DNA of 58,348 bases, filler included, from Circinaria calcarea (lineage: Eukaryota), in assembly GCA_051942165.1 (NCBI GenBank). It is 3 parts of 3 records of this genome, joined end to end, with 100 filler letters (N's around TTAATTAATTAA, not from the genome) between each part and the next. Parts side by side here need not be neighbours in the genome. Positions count along the whole stretch, not along the records: positions 1 to 19,392 come from JAVECS010000208.1; positions 19,493 to 38,871 come from JAVECS010000209.1; 1 more part is not named here. One strand, given 5' to 3'. The position numbers were made by a program, and so were the translations under genes. Numbering within the stretch: the first letter of the stretch is position 1; each line of letters starts with the position of its first letter. This document shows, in pieces, positions 12,374 to 23,101 of the stretch. Below the pieces are notes generated by a model. The model was not told the origin of the DNA. It saw only the letters and a program-made list of their open reading frames with translations, and did no database searches.

Positions 12374-15300
12374 ATGTCTGGCTCGTTTCACAGCGATGCA
12401 CAGAGGACTTCGACGTCTTCTGCCTCCATCACCTCAACCGCGTCCTCCTCTAAACCACCTCCGAAAGAAAGCGATTTCCTTCCTCGAAGCAGTTCCCGAA
12501 ACCACGAAGATGTGCAAGCGAATCAATCGGATCGGCAAGAGGGGAACAGCAATGAAAACGTTTGGAGTAACTACAGATATGACGACGGTACAAACAGTGT
12601 CGGACGGCGGAGACGAGGCCCAAGGACATCCGGCGGTTTCTTACTGGAGTCCCCGCTAGCCACCACTCGCCAGAGTCGAAACGAAAATATCAACCGTATA
12701 GACAAGGGCAAAGGTAAGGATGAGGGTAGGGATGGCTTTTTATCGACCAGGAGGACTAGACATACGGCCCATCATCCTAAACCCTCCATTGGAAGCTCAC
12801 CGTTGGCTATCGAGGTCACACATTCAGTTCCTCAAAACGACCAAAACTCCGGTGCGGCATCGTCATCACCTCCTGTTACGAATACCGACACAACCAATGG
12901 TGTCGGGACAACTTGTACTGCTGAAACAAACAGATCCCATAGAAGTCAAAGCCCTTCAAGGCTGTCCACCTTTGACACGGACCCTGCACAGATTGTCAAC
13001 CTCGCACTTAACCTTAGCGAAAGTCGCCGGCGACATTTGAGTCTTAGTCGATTATCGCCAGTTGACCCTGTGGCGAGTAGACGTATCATGCCCAATGGGC
13101 AACATAGCATGAGATTATCCTCTGGCCCAATGGCAGGGACCGCGCTTCGAAGTTTGACCCCGCCTATGCAAGAACTGCGACGTACTTCGAGAAGCCTTTC
13201 TTCAAGAACCGAGAGTACTGATCGCGAGGGAGCTACATACCCCACAGCAAGGTCGTTGCGGACTTCTAATGATGGGTTTGAACAACCAATAGCGGGAACT
13301 TTTAACCTAGACATAGCGGATGGCTTGAGCTTCAACCCGTCCGACGCAACTTTACTGCGAGTAGAGCGAGCTCAGTTGTGGCTGGAACTGTCTTACGAAT
13401 ATCGGCGTTTACTTCAATATCTACCAAAGCTACCCACTCCTTCGATAGTTCAAGCAACCACGGTTAGAGGGGCGACAAAGAAGTCTGGGAACACAGCTGA
13501 GATTCTCGGCCGATCTTACAATCCTCTTCAGTATATACGCAATCGCAAATTTCGAGGTCGTGAAAGGAAGAACTTCGATACAGAAGCAGGGGGCTGGAAG
13601 GATCTTGCAAGAGTGAGGAACTGGGTGGATTCTGTCGCTCGCGAGCGTCAAGACCAAGTGTCAAAAGTAGATGATAAATTTCTTCTGCCATCGTTTGGTT
13701 TGGACAAAGAAGAACTTCCCATAGACGGCCAATCGCCCACGTCAAGTCTCCGACAATCTCGGGTGCACACAGCGACGAAACCACCTCGAGCACGGCTTGA
13801 TCAATGGGCTACAACACCATGGGACTTGCTTGCCGATGCCTACTGGCTGGACCAGGATGACAACAAGCGACTCATCGAAGATAGAGATGGGAATAAGATA
13901 TACCCTCTAAAGAAAGCCAATGTCGAGACGACAGCAAAGCTGAGCTTGGATATTTCAAGGCCAGGAGCCAGGCGATCAACAAGTATTACCAGGCCCGGCC
14001 AGTCACCAAGCAAAGGTAATCCTACAATTGTCGAGTTACAAGATGAAGCGGTCAGGGAACGTGGACGTAGACGTCATCAGTTCCGCAATTCCATTACAAG
14101 TTTGCAAGAGTACTCGAGCTCCCAAGATCGAAAAGGTCGGTGGTCTAGGAAACTGTTACGTTCTCGAAGCTCCTCGAGTTCCGAGGACTCTCGTCAAGGA
14201 AGTCTGAATCGTCAAGGACGGTTTCTTAGTACTCAAGACAGCCGCGAGCGCCAGGACAGTGCTGTTCTAGAAAGGCAAGTCATGGATCTACTGGCGAAGG
14301 AAGCCGAAAATCTAGATTGGGGCTCAGGTGAGGATATTCACAGAGCCGCCATTAGTGAAAGAGATAAGGATGCCGTACCAAAGAGGTCGAAAAGCAATAG
14401 AATCACTATTGATACTAGAATCGCCAAAGCTGACTTGACGGAGTCACCAGCGTCAATGGGAACAGAAGTGGGCCCAAGGAAAGCATCTAATAGAAACAGC
14501 CTAGAGGAGCAACCTGAGCGACGTGGTCGAATGCCGCGAGCGTCACTTGAGGAGTTTGATAATACATCTGCCACTTCTCCTGTGGTGGGAGACTTTGTAC
14601 CAAGTATTGCAATAAGTCTCTCCCCGCCCATGAGTCGCTCAACCTCTCCGAAGAGATCACTCCCTGCTCGACAAATCCGAGCGAAGGGGAGCAGCAATAA
14701 TCATACAGATGCCATTGCCGAAACCGATTTCGCTAATAAGTCCAGAACACATACGAACAGAACTGTGGCGCACGAGTTTGATCTCGCCCCACAGTCGGCA
14801 GGTACAGATGGACTGTCCACCCCAAGTGATGGATTCCTATCCCCGAGATCAGCGGAAGGTTTTGGGAGACTTCTTCGGCATCGTCGTTCTGATAGCAAGC
14901 CCCTAAGGACTGCGAAGGACCAAAAAGAACCAGAGTCCAGGCTCAAAGGCCTCTTGAAAAGCTCAAGAATTGCCGTGATCGTGGGTAATGAGGTTTCGAA
15001 GGTTGGAGATATTTTGTGGGGTAGGGATGGCAGTAATCAAACTTCGAGAGTTGCCACACCAACATCTAGCCACGCCTCCGATGCATCCGACTCAGACGGG
15101 GATAGCATTAGCTCAACTCTTGAACAGAGTTCCAGCGCTCGTCTACCGAGAATGGATATAGGTCGAGATAAGATGGAGAGTATTTCACGACAGTCTACCC
15201 ACGAAGACTCGCCAAAGTATCACATGAGTAATCTCCCATCCTTTCGATCTCCTCTCAGAAAATATGAATTGGACCCACGAAAGCCGCATGAAGAGGACCA

Positions 15301-16291
15301 TATTACTCGTCAACAGACCGCCCTGCGGGAAAGAGGTCGATCCAGCCGAGTTAATCGTCCCGCTCTGCTGAATTTAGACATGAGAGGGGTCTCTCCTTCG
15401 CCATCCCCACCACTAAGCAGAGTCGATACCCATGATACAAGCACCACTAATTACGAATCTCGAAGGAATAGCGAAAACCCCTCCGAGTCAGGTGTGTTGC
15501 GGGCAGACCGTCAATTCAACACCGTCAAAGGTCTTCCGGCGAAATTAGGAAACGGCGGTCCACCAGTGACCGAGCTCGCCAGTCTCGACGCTAGACGCCA
15601 TCGCTCAAGAGACCGTCTTGATCGCCCTGCGTTGGAAGGGAAGCGACATTGGAGTATATCAGATCGTGGGATATCTGCGATGCGCGGCGTCGTTACAAAG
15701 CGCGATATTACACGTGCCCGAGCACTTCTCCTCTCATCAGGAGTGAAGGCAAATGAAATAGCTCGGCGAGCCCATGAAGTGCGAGATCCCCCGCCGACTC
15801 TTCTCCTAGATTTGCAGCGGATTTCGGGAGCCCCTTTGCCGCCTGTGCCCCGATCACAAGAACATGTTGTTGCTGCACGATTTCTTGTCAAAAGCATCAC
15901 GGAAACGAACGCCCAGATTCGACAGGCAGCCGTCGAACTCTCCAATGTTACAGTCAACGGACTTCATGAGCAGATTAAGGTGATCGATGAGCGGATTACG
16001 TCCCAGCTTACTCCTCTGGTGCGGGCGGCGGCTGACGATGCCGATGCGCTGGGGACGGAGCTCGGTACTTCGTATAGACTGAGTATAAAGCGGCTGAATG
16101 ATAGTATAGACCAGATCCTACGAAGGAAAAGGAGGAGGTTCCGGTGGCTTCGGAGGGGTGGTTATCTCCTGCTAGAATGGGTGCTGCTTGGAGTCATGCG
16201 GTGGATCTGGCTCATGGTGGTTCTTTTCCGACTAGCCAGTGGAGTCTTGCGAGGGACGTATAGGGGTATACGCTGGTTACTTTGGATGTGA
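12374..16291 (+). CDS. MTC4: Mtc4-like (maintenance of telomere capping 4 family) protein, 1305 aa, with C-terminal hydrophobic helices
   Basis: Long intronless ORF with the YNPLQYIRNRK motif, Ser/Arg-rich disordered regions, and a C-terminal coiled coil plus TM segment. Family assigned from motif recall. Confidence 0.65.
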   Translation: MSGSFHSDAQRTSTSSASITSTASSSKPPPKESDFLPRSSSRNHEDVQANQSDRQEGNSNENVWSNYRYDDGTNSVGRRRRGPRTSGGFLLESPLATTRQSRNENINRIDKGKGKDEGRDGFLSTRRTRHTAHHPKPSIGSSPLAIEVTHSVPQNDQNSGAASSSPPVTNTDTTNGVGTTCTAETNRSHRSQSPSRLSTFDTDPAQIVNLALNLSESRRRHLSLSRLSPVDPVASRRIMPNGQHSMRLSSGPMAGTALRSLTPPMQELRRTSRSLSSRTESTDREGATYPTARSLRTSNDGFEQPIAGTFNLDIADGLSFNPSDATLLRVERAQLWLELSYEYRRLLQYLPKLPTPSIVQATTVRGATKKSGNTAEILGRSYNPLQYIRNRKFRGRERKNFDTEAGGWKDLARVRNWVDSVARERQDQVSKVDDKFLLPSFGLDKEELPIDGQSPTSSLRQSRVHTATKPPRARLDQWATTPWDLLADAYWLDQDDNKRLIEDRDGNKIYPLKKANVETTAKLSLDISRPGARRSTSITRPGQSPSKGNPTIVELQDEAVRERGRRRHQFRNSITSLQEYSSSQDRKGRWSRKLLRSRSSSSSEDSRQGSLNRQGRFLSTQDSRERQDSAVLERQVMDLLAKEAENLDWGSGEDIHRAAISERDKDAVPKRSKSNRITIDTRIAKADLTESPASMGTEVGPRKASNRNSLEEQPERRGRMPRASLEEFDNTSATSPVVGDFVPSIAISLSPPMSRSTSPKRSLPARQIRAKGSSNNHTDAIAETDFANKSRTHTNRTVAHEFDLAPQSAGTDGLSTPSDGFLSPRSAEGFGRLLRHRRSDSKPLRTAKDQKEPESRLKGLLKSSRIAVIVGNEVSKVGDILWGRDGSNQTSRVATPTSSHASDASDSDGDSISSTLEQSSSARLPRMDIGRDKMESISRQSTHEDSPKYHMSNLPSFRSPLRKYELDPRKPHEEDHITRQQTALRERGRSSRVNRPALLNLDMRGVSPSPSPPLSRVDTHDTSTTNYESRRNSENPSESGVLRADRQFNTVKGLPAKLGNGGPPVTELASLDARRHRSRDRLDRPALEGKRHWSISDRGISAMRGVVTKRDITRARALLLSSGVKANEIARRAHEVRDPPPTLLLDLQRISGAPLPPVPRSQEHVVAARFLVKSITETNAQIRQAAVELSNVTVNGLHEQIKVIDERITSQLTPLVRAAADDADALGTELGTSYRLSIKRLNDSIDQILRRKRRRFRWLRRGGYLLLEWVLLGVMRWIWLMVVLFRLASGVLRGTYRGIRWLLWM

Positions 16292-16665
16292 AGCTAATTT
16301 TGCACTTTTTACAAGGCCTGTCTGCGGTTTAGCGTGCATAGCGAGGCAACATGGGCGTGCTGGCATATATATTAGACAATAATGTATGAATAGCAATCAG
16401 CATACTGGTCAGTGCAGCATGACTTTACTGCAATGGATGGTTAGACAATGTTCTTCTACCTTGAGCGTGGGATCACTATCTCAGATAACCCTAAGAAGTG
16501 CATGTCTTGGCATCAGAATTTTCGGAAAAACCCCCTGTAAGCTAAATGTATCGATAAGGTCAAACTTTTGGTAGATTTCGCGACGGGCGTCGAGTGAAGT
16601 CGCTTTGAAGAATAGAACACTGATTGTGAAGAGCTTTCCCATTCGCGTTCTCCTAAGAACAGAAA

Positions 16666-18944
16666 ATGGCCAGAATCAAGAAGAAGGGTGAGTGAATTAT
16701 GCCATGTTCTTCTGACTGAGCCATATTGACCGAGTATAAAGGCACCTCCGGCCAGGCCAAGAACTTCATCACCAGAACCCAGGCTGTGCGCAAACTTCAG
16801 ATCTCACTGCCCGACTTCCGAAGATTATGTATCTTCAAAGGTTAGGCCGTCAATTGACCTCTTGACATATCGGTACCAACACTTTTACTCTAGGCATATA
16901 TCCTCGAGAACCCCGCAGTAAGAGAAAAGCTTCAAAATCCTCGACACAATCCACGACATTCTACTACACCAAAGATATCCAGTACCTTCTCCACGAGCCC
17001 CTCCTTAACAAATTTCGAGATCACAAAGCACTCTCGAAGAAAATCGCTAGGGCTTTAGGGAGAGGAGAAGTGGGTGATGCGGCTAGGTTGGAGAAGAACG
17101 GCGCAAGCAAGATTTCGCTAGACCACATAATAAAGGAGAGATACCCGACCTTTGTCGATGCTCTTCGAGATCTCGATGACGCCCTGTCATTACTGTTCCT
17201 ATTCGCCAACCTACCCGCGACGTCTACTGTCCCTCCCAAGACGATTACCCTTTGCCAGAGACTATGTCTCGAATTCGAGCATTACCTTATTGCCTCACAT
17301 TCCCTCCGTAAATCCTTCCTCTCTATAAAAGGCATATACTATCAAGCGACTATTCAAGGTCAGGATATACTATGGCTTGTACCCTACAAGTTCGTCCAAA
17401 GGGTTACGGGCGATGTGGATTTCCGAATAATGGGGACATTCGTGGAATTTTATACAACGTTATTGGGATTTGTCAACTTCCGGCTGTACACGTCCATAGG
17501 CCTCGTATATCCCCCAAAGTTCAACGCCAAGAGTGATGAGCAAGGCGGAGAGCTGGGAGCCTTTACCCTGGAGGGGAGAAGGATTGGGGGTACGCAACAG
17601 ATCGAAGCCGCGGAGCCTCAGACCAACGGGGAAAAGATTCCGAAACCCCATGGCATCTTAGACACAAATCAAGATATGCAAAAGAAAATTGATGCTCTCC
17701 GAGAACTTGCAGAACCTGCAGATCAAGAAATCCAGGAGCCAGCAGCAGAAGATATCAATGACAAGATTGACGTATTCGAAACGACGGGAGATGGCGCTGA
17801 TGTGCTTCCACAACCGCAAATCAGTAGCACAGAAGTTTCCCATTTGTTTGCTCCGTTCACTTTCTTTCTCTCTCGAGAAACCCCTCGGCAACCGCTTGAA
17901 TTTATCCTCCGCGCATTTGGCTGCAAACGGGTCGGATGGGATGCAGTACTCGGTGATGGAGCGTTCACGCATAGTGAAAGCGACCCTACAATTACACATC
18001 AAATAGTCGACCGACCACCTTTACCAGTATCCAGTCAGCCAAATGCCCCTCCAGTCGAAACCGCGGATACCCCGACTACACTTTCCCAAACCCTGCCACC
18101 CGGTAGTCGCGTTCCCGGACGAACCTATATTCAGCCACAATGGGTTTGGGATTGCATTAACGAAGGTCGCCTCCTTCGCCCAGATATTTACGCTCCAGGT
18201 GCTACTCTCCCTCCCCATCTCAGTCCCTGGGTCAAGCCCGTGAAAGGTGCATATGATCCCACAGCACCATTGGCAGCGCAAGAGAGGGAAGGCGAGGCGG
18301 AAGAAGCAGAGGAGGCACTGGCCGAGGAAGAGGAGAGTTCCAACGGGGAAGACAGCTCCAATGAAGAATTAGCCTCTGATTACTCAGAGACAAGGGCAAA
18401 AACTCTGGCTTCCGCCAAGAAGGTCTTACAATTAGATGGGGATGATAAGCTCATAGATGACGGCGATAATGGCATGGCAATCGCCGGCTCTGACGACGAG
18501 AATGATAATGAATCCGAACCCGAAACTCCAGCGGACGACTTTGCCGGCTTCGACTCCGACGCCTCTCTTCCCCCCAACCCCACCTCCCTCCACCAAGTCG
18601 AACTCGAAGCCGAAGCCCTCGGTCTCCCTTTCTCCTCCACCAACCCGGACTCCGATGCTACATCCCTCAAAGGCATCCTCAAACCCAGCAAAGCCGGTTC
18701 CGGTCCCAACGACGAGATCAGGCGAAAGGCGGCCCGCAAGAGGAAAGAGGAAGAAGAGGAGCTGGAGAGGCGGATGGGCATGATGGGCCGGAAGAAGAGG
18801 AAGGTGTTGGATAAGATGCTCTACGGACGGCGCAAGGACGAGGAGGTGGCGGAGGAGTTAAGGGGGAAGAGGAGGAGGATTGAGAGGGATGCTGTTAATG
18901 CTGCTGCTGCGAAGGGGAAGAGGAATGGGAAGGGGGGAAAGTAG
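16666..18944 (+). CDS. NOP7: Pescadillo homolog (PeBoW complex, 60S biogenesis); 3 exons
   Basis: [69 protein letters not shown] domain ([20 protein letters not shown]); LPPHLSPW. Introns 16688-16741 and 16841-16893. Confidence 0.97.
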
Positions 18945-19240
18945 AATGGGCCTTTGGAGTAAATCAAATGGAATCAAAATGAATGAAAATGAAGTGAAAT
19001 GGAATGCTAGTATACCAATCTTGACCCCAATCTCCCTATCCTATCTACTCTACGAAAAACGCCCTCCCTATATCCCCATCTCCCCATTTGATACCGTAAT
19101 CCTATAACCTTACAGTCACCAGTCCCTTCCCCTTTCCGTCCCCTCGGCACTTTATTACGCGATAAGCTAAACAATCAGCAAGTTCTCTACCAATTCCAGT
19201 TCTGTTTCCGGTTCGGAGAGGGGTGGGGAGGGGGTATTTG

Positions 19241-19360
19241 TTGTATGGTTGTATGGTTGTATAGTTGGATATGTGGTTGTATGATTGGATATGTGGTTGT
19301 ATAGTTGAATATGTGGTTGTATGATGGTATGATTGTATGATGGTATGATTGTATGGTTGC
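19241..19360. repeat. Degenerate TGTATGGT/TATGTGGT/TATGATTG-type minisatellite at a contig end
   Basis: Repeated 8-10 nt T/G-rich units just before the assembly gap. Confidence 0.85.
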
Positions 19361-19392
19361 AACATGGGGTCTGAGCTCTGAACTCTGAAATC

Positions 19393-19492
19393 NNNNNNNN
19401 NNNNNNNNNNNNNNNNNNNNNNNNNNNNNNNNNNNNTTAATTAATTAANNNNNNNNNNNNNNNNNNNNNNNNNNNNNNNNNNNNNNNNNNNN
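19393..19492. other. Artificial assembly linker (44 N + TTAATTAATTAA + 44 N)
   Basis: Symmetric N runs surround a 12-mer with stops in all six frames; an identical copy is at 38872-38971. Confidence 0.97.
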
Positions 19493-20117
19493 CCCCCCTC
19501 ACCCTCCCCTTCTACCTTGCCCTTAGTAACCTATTAGAGCTAATCACCCACACAGTGCACAGTACACACATTGGCAGGCTGGCAGTTTTTGTTTTTGCCC
19601 AAAGTCTGCAGTCTGCAATGTTGGTTGTGGATCGGGATTTGCCTAAACCTAGGGGGGAAGGCAGGGGAGTCCGAAGGAAAGATGGGAGATGGCAGATGGA
19701 GATATTTTTAAGATCGGGATTCGGGATTCGGGATTCGACGTGGGGGTGCGTGTGCGGGTAGAGGATGGTGGATGGTGGATGGGAATATGAGGATATGCAG
19801 GGGTAAGTAGGGGATGGAGGATGGGATGGGAGATGGAGGTCCTATCCTGTAGTCGGAAGGAATTTATTACGGAGATTAATAAAGAGGGGGGGGGGGTTTT
19901 GTTTCTCTTTTTTAAATTCCTGCATTGTAAAAGGTAAGATTAAGCAGAAAGTTCAGGTCAGAAGGACGGACCCATAACAACCCTCAGCTCCGTTCTCAGG
20001 CCACGTATTCATCAAGACGCCATATTCAGGGTATCCCGCTTCGCTTCCCTTCCCATCTCCTTTTCCTCTAGATCCCCATTTTCATTTCTAACCGCGAAAA
20101 CACACCGTAGAACCCCA

Positions 20118-22115
20118 TCAAACCAGATCCCACTGACAAACGCCCCCGAACCCCATCCCGCTCCTACCTTTCGCCGCAAGGTACTCGTCCTTACTCAAGC
20201 CCCTGCCGTCTTTCCCATTCACGCTGGCGACGGTATACACCATGCACATCTGACCCTTTCGGCCCAGTTTCTCCAGCGGCACGTCCAGCCACCAGTACAT
20301 GCCATTGTTATCGAACGGGATGTAGTCTGCGGCTCTGCCATCTTGACCGATTGCCGTAGCGAGGACGTACACGTACGGTTTCCCAGGGCCGTTGCGTATG
20401 GGATCCCAATGCTCGCAGACTTTTTCAAATTGGAAGCGAACTCGCGAGCTTGGATGGTGTGCACGATTTGTAGAAACAGCTTTGTATTTGGGAAGAAATG
20501 CAGTGACAGACAAACCTTCCGTTGGCGCCACATCACTGTAGACTTGTACATGAGGACCGCCTTGATCGCCGAGAATGTATTCTTCCCAGGAAATGTGAGC
20601 ACGGCCATCGGTACGAAAGAAGTAATTCTTGTTCGTAGGAAAGTGAGCGAGGCCGAACTCGTTATTATCCCGCGTAAACCAGGAACTTGTAAAGTGCTTG
20701 TGGTAAGGATGTCCCTTTCCGTTAACAGAGCCGCTGCCCCAGCAACACTCGATAAGTTTCCACTCCCCATTGTCTATACGTACAGCGTTCCATGCGTGGT
20801 TTGAACTTTCCGGTGGAACCGGTGCACCTAAGGGAATGTCAACAGTACCGAAGCCTTTCCCATGTCCACCTATGACAACCGATTCGAGGCCGGCCTTGGA
20901 TGCAAGTGTGGTAAAAAGACCAGCATAACCCTCGCAGACTGCCAGACCAGTAGACAGGGTAGATGCAGGAGTGGAAGGCCGAACGCAATTGTTGAAAAAG
21001 GCTTCCACGTCATAAGAGATGTTATGGTGAAGCCAGGTAAAGATGACGCGGGCCTTGTCCGTTAGGCTTGGGAACGGTGAAGTAAGTTGAATGGCCAGCC
21101 AATCCAATGAGGGTACAGTCTCCCGAGGGAACAAGGCGGCGTGATTATCGACTCCTGAAAAGTCACGGCATTTAAGACACGAAGTAATAGGACTGTTTGC
21201 TGGGGTTGACAGTGTCGATGATGCGGCTGGCAATTTCGGTTTTGTAGCCATAATCTTTGATAAATCTGGGCGTGACGATGTGGGTATAGCTGGCGGACTC
21301 GGGCTCGGTGTTCTTCCATTTGTTTGTCCATTGGTCCGGGGAGACGAAAGTGATCTTGCCGGCATTGGAGGAGGTTCTCTCGGAGGAAACTTTCTATCCG
21401 GTTCTCTTGGCCCTTCACGCGGCAAAGGCCTCTGTGGTAATGCAGGTGTTCTTGGCGGCGAGAAAACCTCCAAGGTTGTAACAGAGGATGTAGACTTTGT
21501 TCCCTTCAGCGGTGTCCGTATGGTCCCCTGCTCTTTCCCATGCTGTAGGCGTTTCGTTGGTAAAGGCGGTAGAGTTGACGGATCGTAGACAGGGACCCTG
21601 ACCCTTGATCCATCGATGGACGGTGTCATTGACGCGGATATCCTCCTTGTCCCATTTGACAGAGCAGAGGTTGTGGAGACTGTGGAGATTACCGAAGATA
21701 TGGATTCAGTCGAGTCCCGCCGGCTCAACTGTTCAGACGGCCGACGGGGAGGAAGTGCTGGAGACTTTTGCGCCGAAGCTTTTCGTGGTGGTAGCCGAGG
21801 CGGTGGAGGTGATGTGCGTGGTGGACTGTTAATCTCGGGTGGCGCACGAGCAAGTCGATTTGTTCCATTCGGCTCGTTGCCAGTGCCATTGGGCTCATTC
21901 CCAACGCCATTGTTCAGTGAGGAAAAGTTTTGCTCGACGGGGACATTGGCAGAGTTTCGGCGTCGAAGGTCAGATGCAGGATGGTGAGCTGACCTTGGGA
22001 CGAGATTGTTGGGGGTAGCGGTGACAGGAGCTTTTCCGACTTGGTCAAGCTTGAGAGCCGCAATCCGTGCCTGGATGGATTGAGCGCGTGGTTCTTCTTG
22101 TATCGCCATACTCAT
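20118..22115 (-). CDS. Transglutaminase-like domain protein (kyphoscoliosis peptidase/Cyk3/hillarin-related) with Pro-rich N-terminus, 665 aa
   Basis: Intronless ORF containing KARVIFTWLHHNISYD, AVCEGYAGLF, NHAWNAV and WKLIECCWG, plus many PxxP motifs. Confidence 0.88.
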   Translation of the reverse strand: MSMAIQEEPRAQSIQARIAALKLDQVGKAPVTATPNNLVPRSAHHPASDLRRRNSANVPVEQNFSSLNNGVGNEPNGTGNEPNGTNRLARAPPEINSPPRTSPPPPRLPPRKASAQKSPALPPRRPSEQLSRRDSTESISSVISTVSTTSALSNGTRRISASMTPSIDGSRVRVPVYDPSTLPPLPTKRLQHGKEQGTIRTPLKGTKSTSSVTTLEVFSPPRTPALPQRPLPREGPREPDRKFPPREPPPMPARSLSSPRTNGQTNGRTPSPSPPAIPTSSRPDLSKIMATKPKLPAASSTLSTPANSPITSCLKCRDFSGVDNHAALFPRETVPSLDWLAIQLTSPFPSLTDKARVIFTWLHHNISYDVEAFFNNCVRPSTPASTLSTGLAVCEGYAGLFTTLASKAGLESVVIGGHGKGFGTVDIPLGAPVPPESSNHAWNAVRIDNGEWKLIECCWGSGSVNGKGHPYHKHFTSSWFTRDNNEFGLAHFPTNKNYFFRTDGRAHISWEEYILGDQGGPHVQVYSDVAPTEGLSVTAFLPKYKAVSTNRAHHPSSRVRFQFEKVCEHWDPIRNGPGKPYVYVLATAIGQDGRAADYIPFDNNGMYWWLDVPLEKLGRKGQMCMVYTVASVNGKDGRGLSKDEYLAAKGRSGMGFGGVCQWDLV

Positions 22116-23101
22116 GCACCGGTTGCCCTTCCACTTGTAGGTGTTACAATACCAGAGTCTTTGGTGTAGGAAGTGTGAGACGGATACATGTATGCCAAAA
22201 GCTTGTCAATGGCTGTGTAACCAAAAGGCGAAGCTGCGCCTCACGAAGGATTGCCTCGTAATGTTGCATGCTATCGAGGCTGATGTACAAAAGTCGGAAG
22301 ACAACCAGTGTATAAGGGGTGTTCCGTTCTCACTCTCTGTAGCCCGAGTTTTCAAAACATGACTTCTATACGTTCAAGGTCTTGTGTTATTAACCAGTAT
22401 CATACTATTATTTTCGGTATCAAGTTCTGCTCACCCGCCTCGTATGTACATTTTCAGGTAGATCTAAATCAACACATATCACTTGTGTGCGGTGCGACAA
22501 GCTGGACTACTTTAGCCCGTCTGACTGGTTTCTGAACTGGTTATGGGAGGGTTTAAGATATATAGATAAGTGCATCTAGTCATTCATCCAGAGATCGTCC
22601 AACGCTTTGCAACGGTCACCATGAGTAAATTCAGAAGCACTACTGTAGACTTCATGATCTTGAATCTTACGTATTGATAACCATTACCACCATTCCCCGA
22701 GTACAGACAGAAGATCCAAAGAACCTGACCCCAAAGCTTTTTCCCTGTAAGCCAATCCCAAGCGTAAACATAAAATCCATTAGTCATAGTAGAACCCCAT
22801 CACTTTTCCTGCTGGCATCCATTGTTAAAAAATGATGAAAAGATGGTATGATTCAACCGTAATTCGTTCCAAGTATGATGACAATGTTCGGGGATTTAGA
22901 GTGGAATTGTACAGAGAAATGAATACATAAGTGCAAGATCATCCGGGTATACACATTCACACAAACGTAATACCAGCGAAGATAGTAGGTCGTTGGGGTC
23001 GATCATAATCGAGGAATATCGCAAGGAGACTGTCGAGTCTAATAATTCCAGGGATAGGCTCCTGGCTAGAGTCAGGTACTTTCGGGTGGCGAAGAAAAGC
23101 C

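Noticed and set aside
19437..19448. TTAATTAATTAA palindrome inside N runs (also 38916-38927) as a biological site
   Set aside because: Identical context twice, centred in N padding, with six-frame stops: a synthetic linker.
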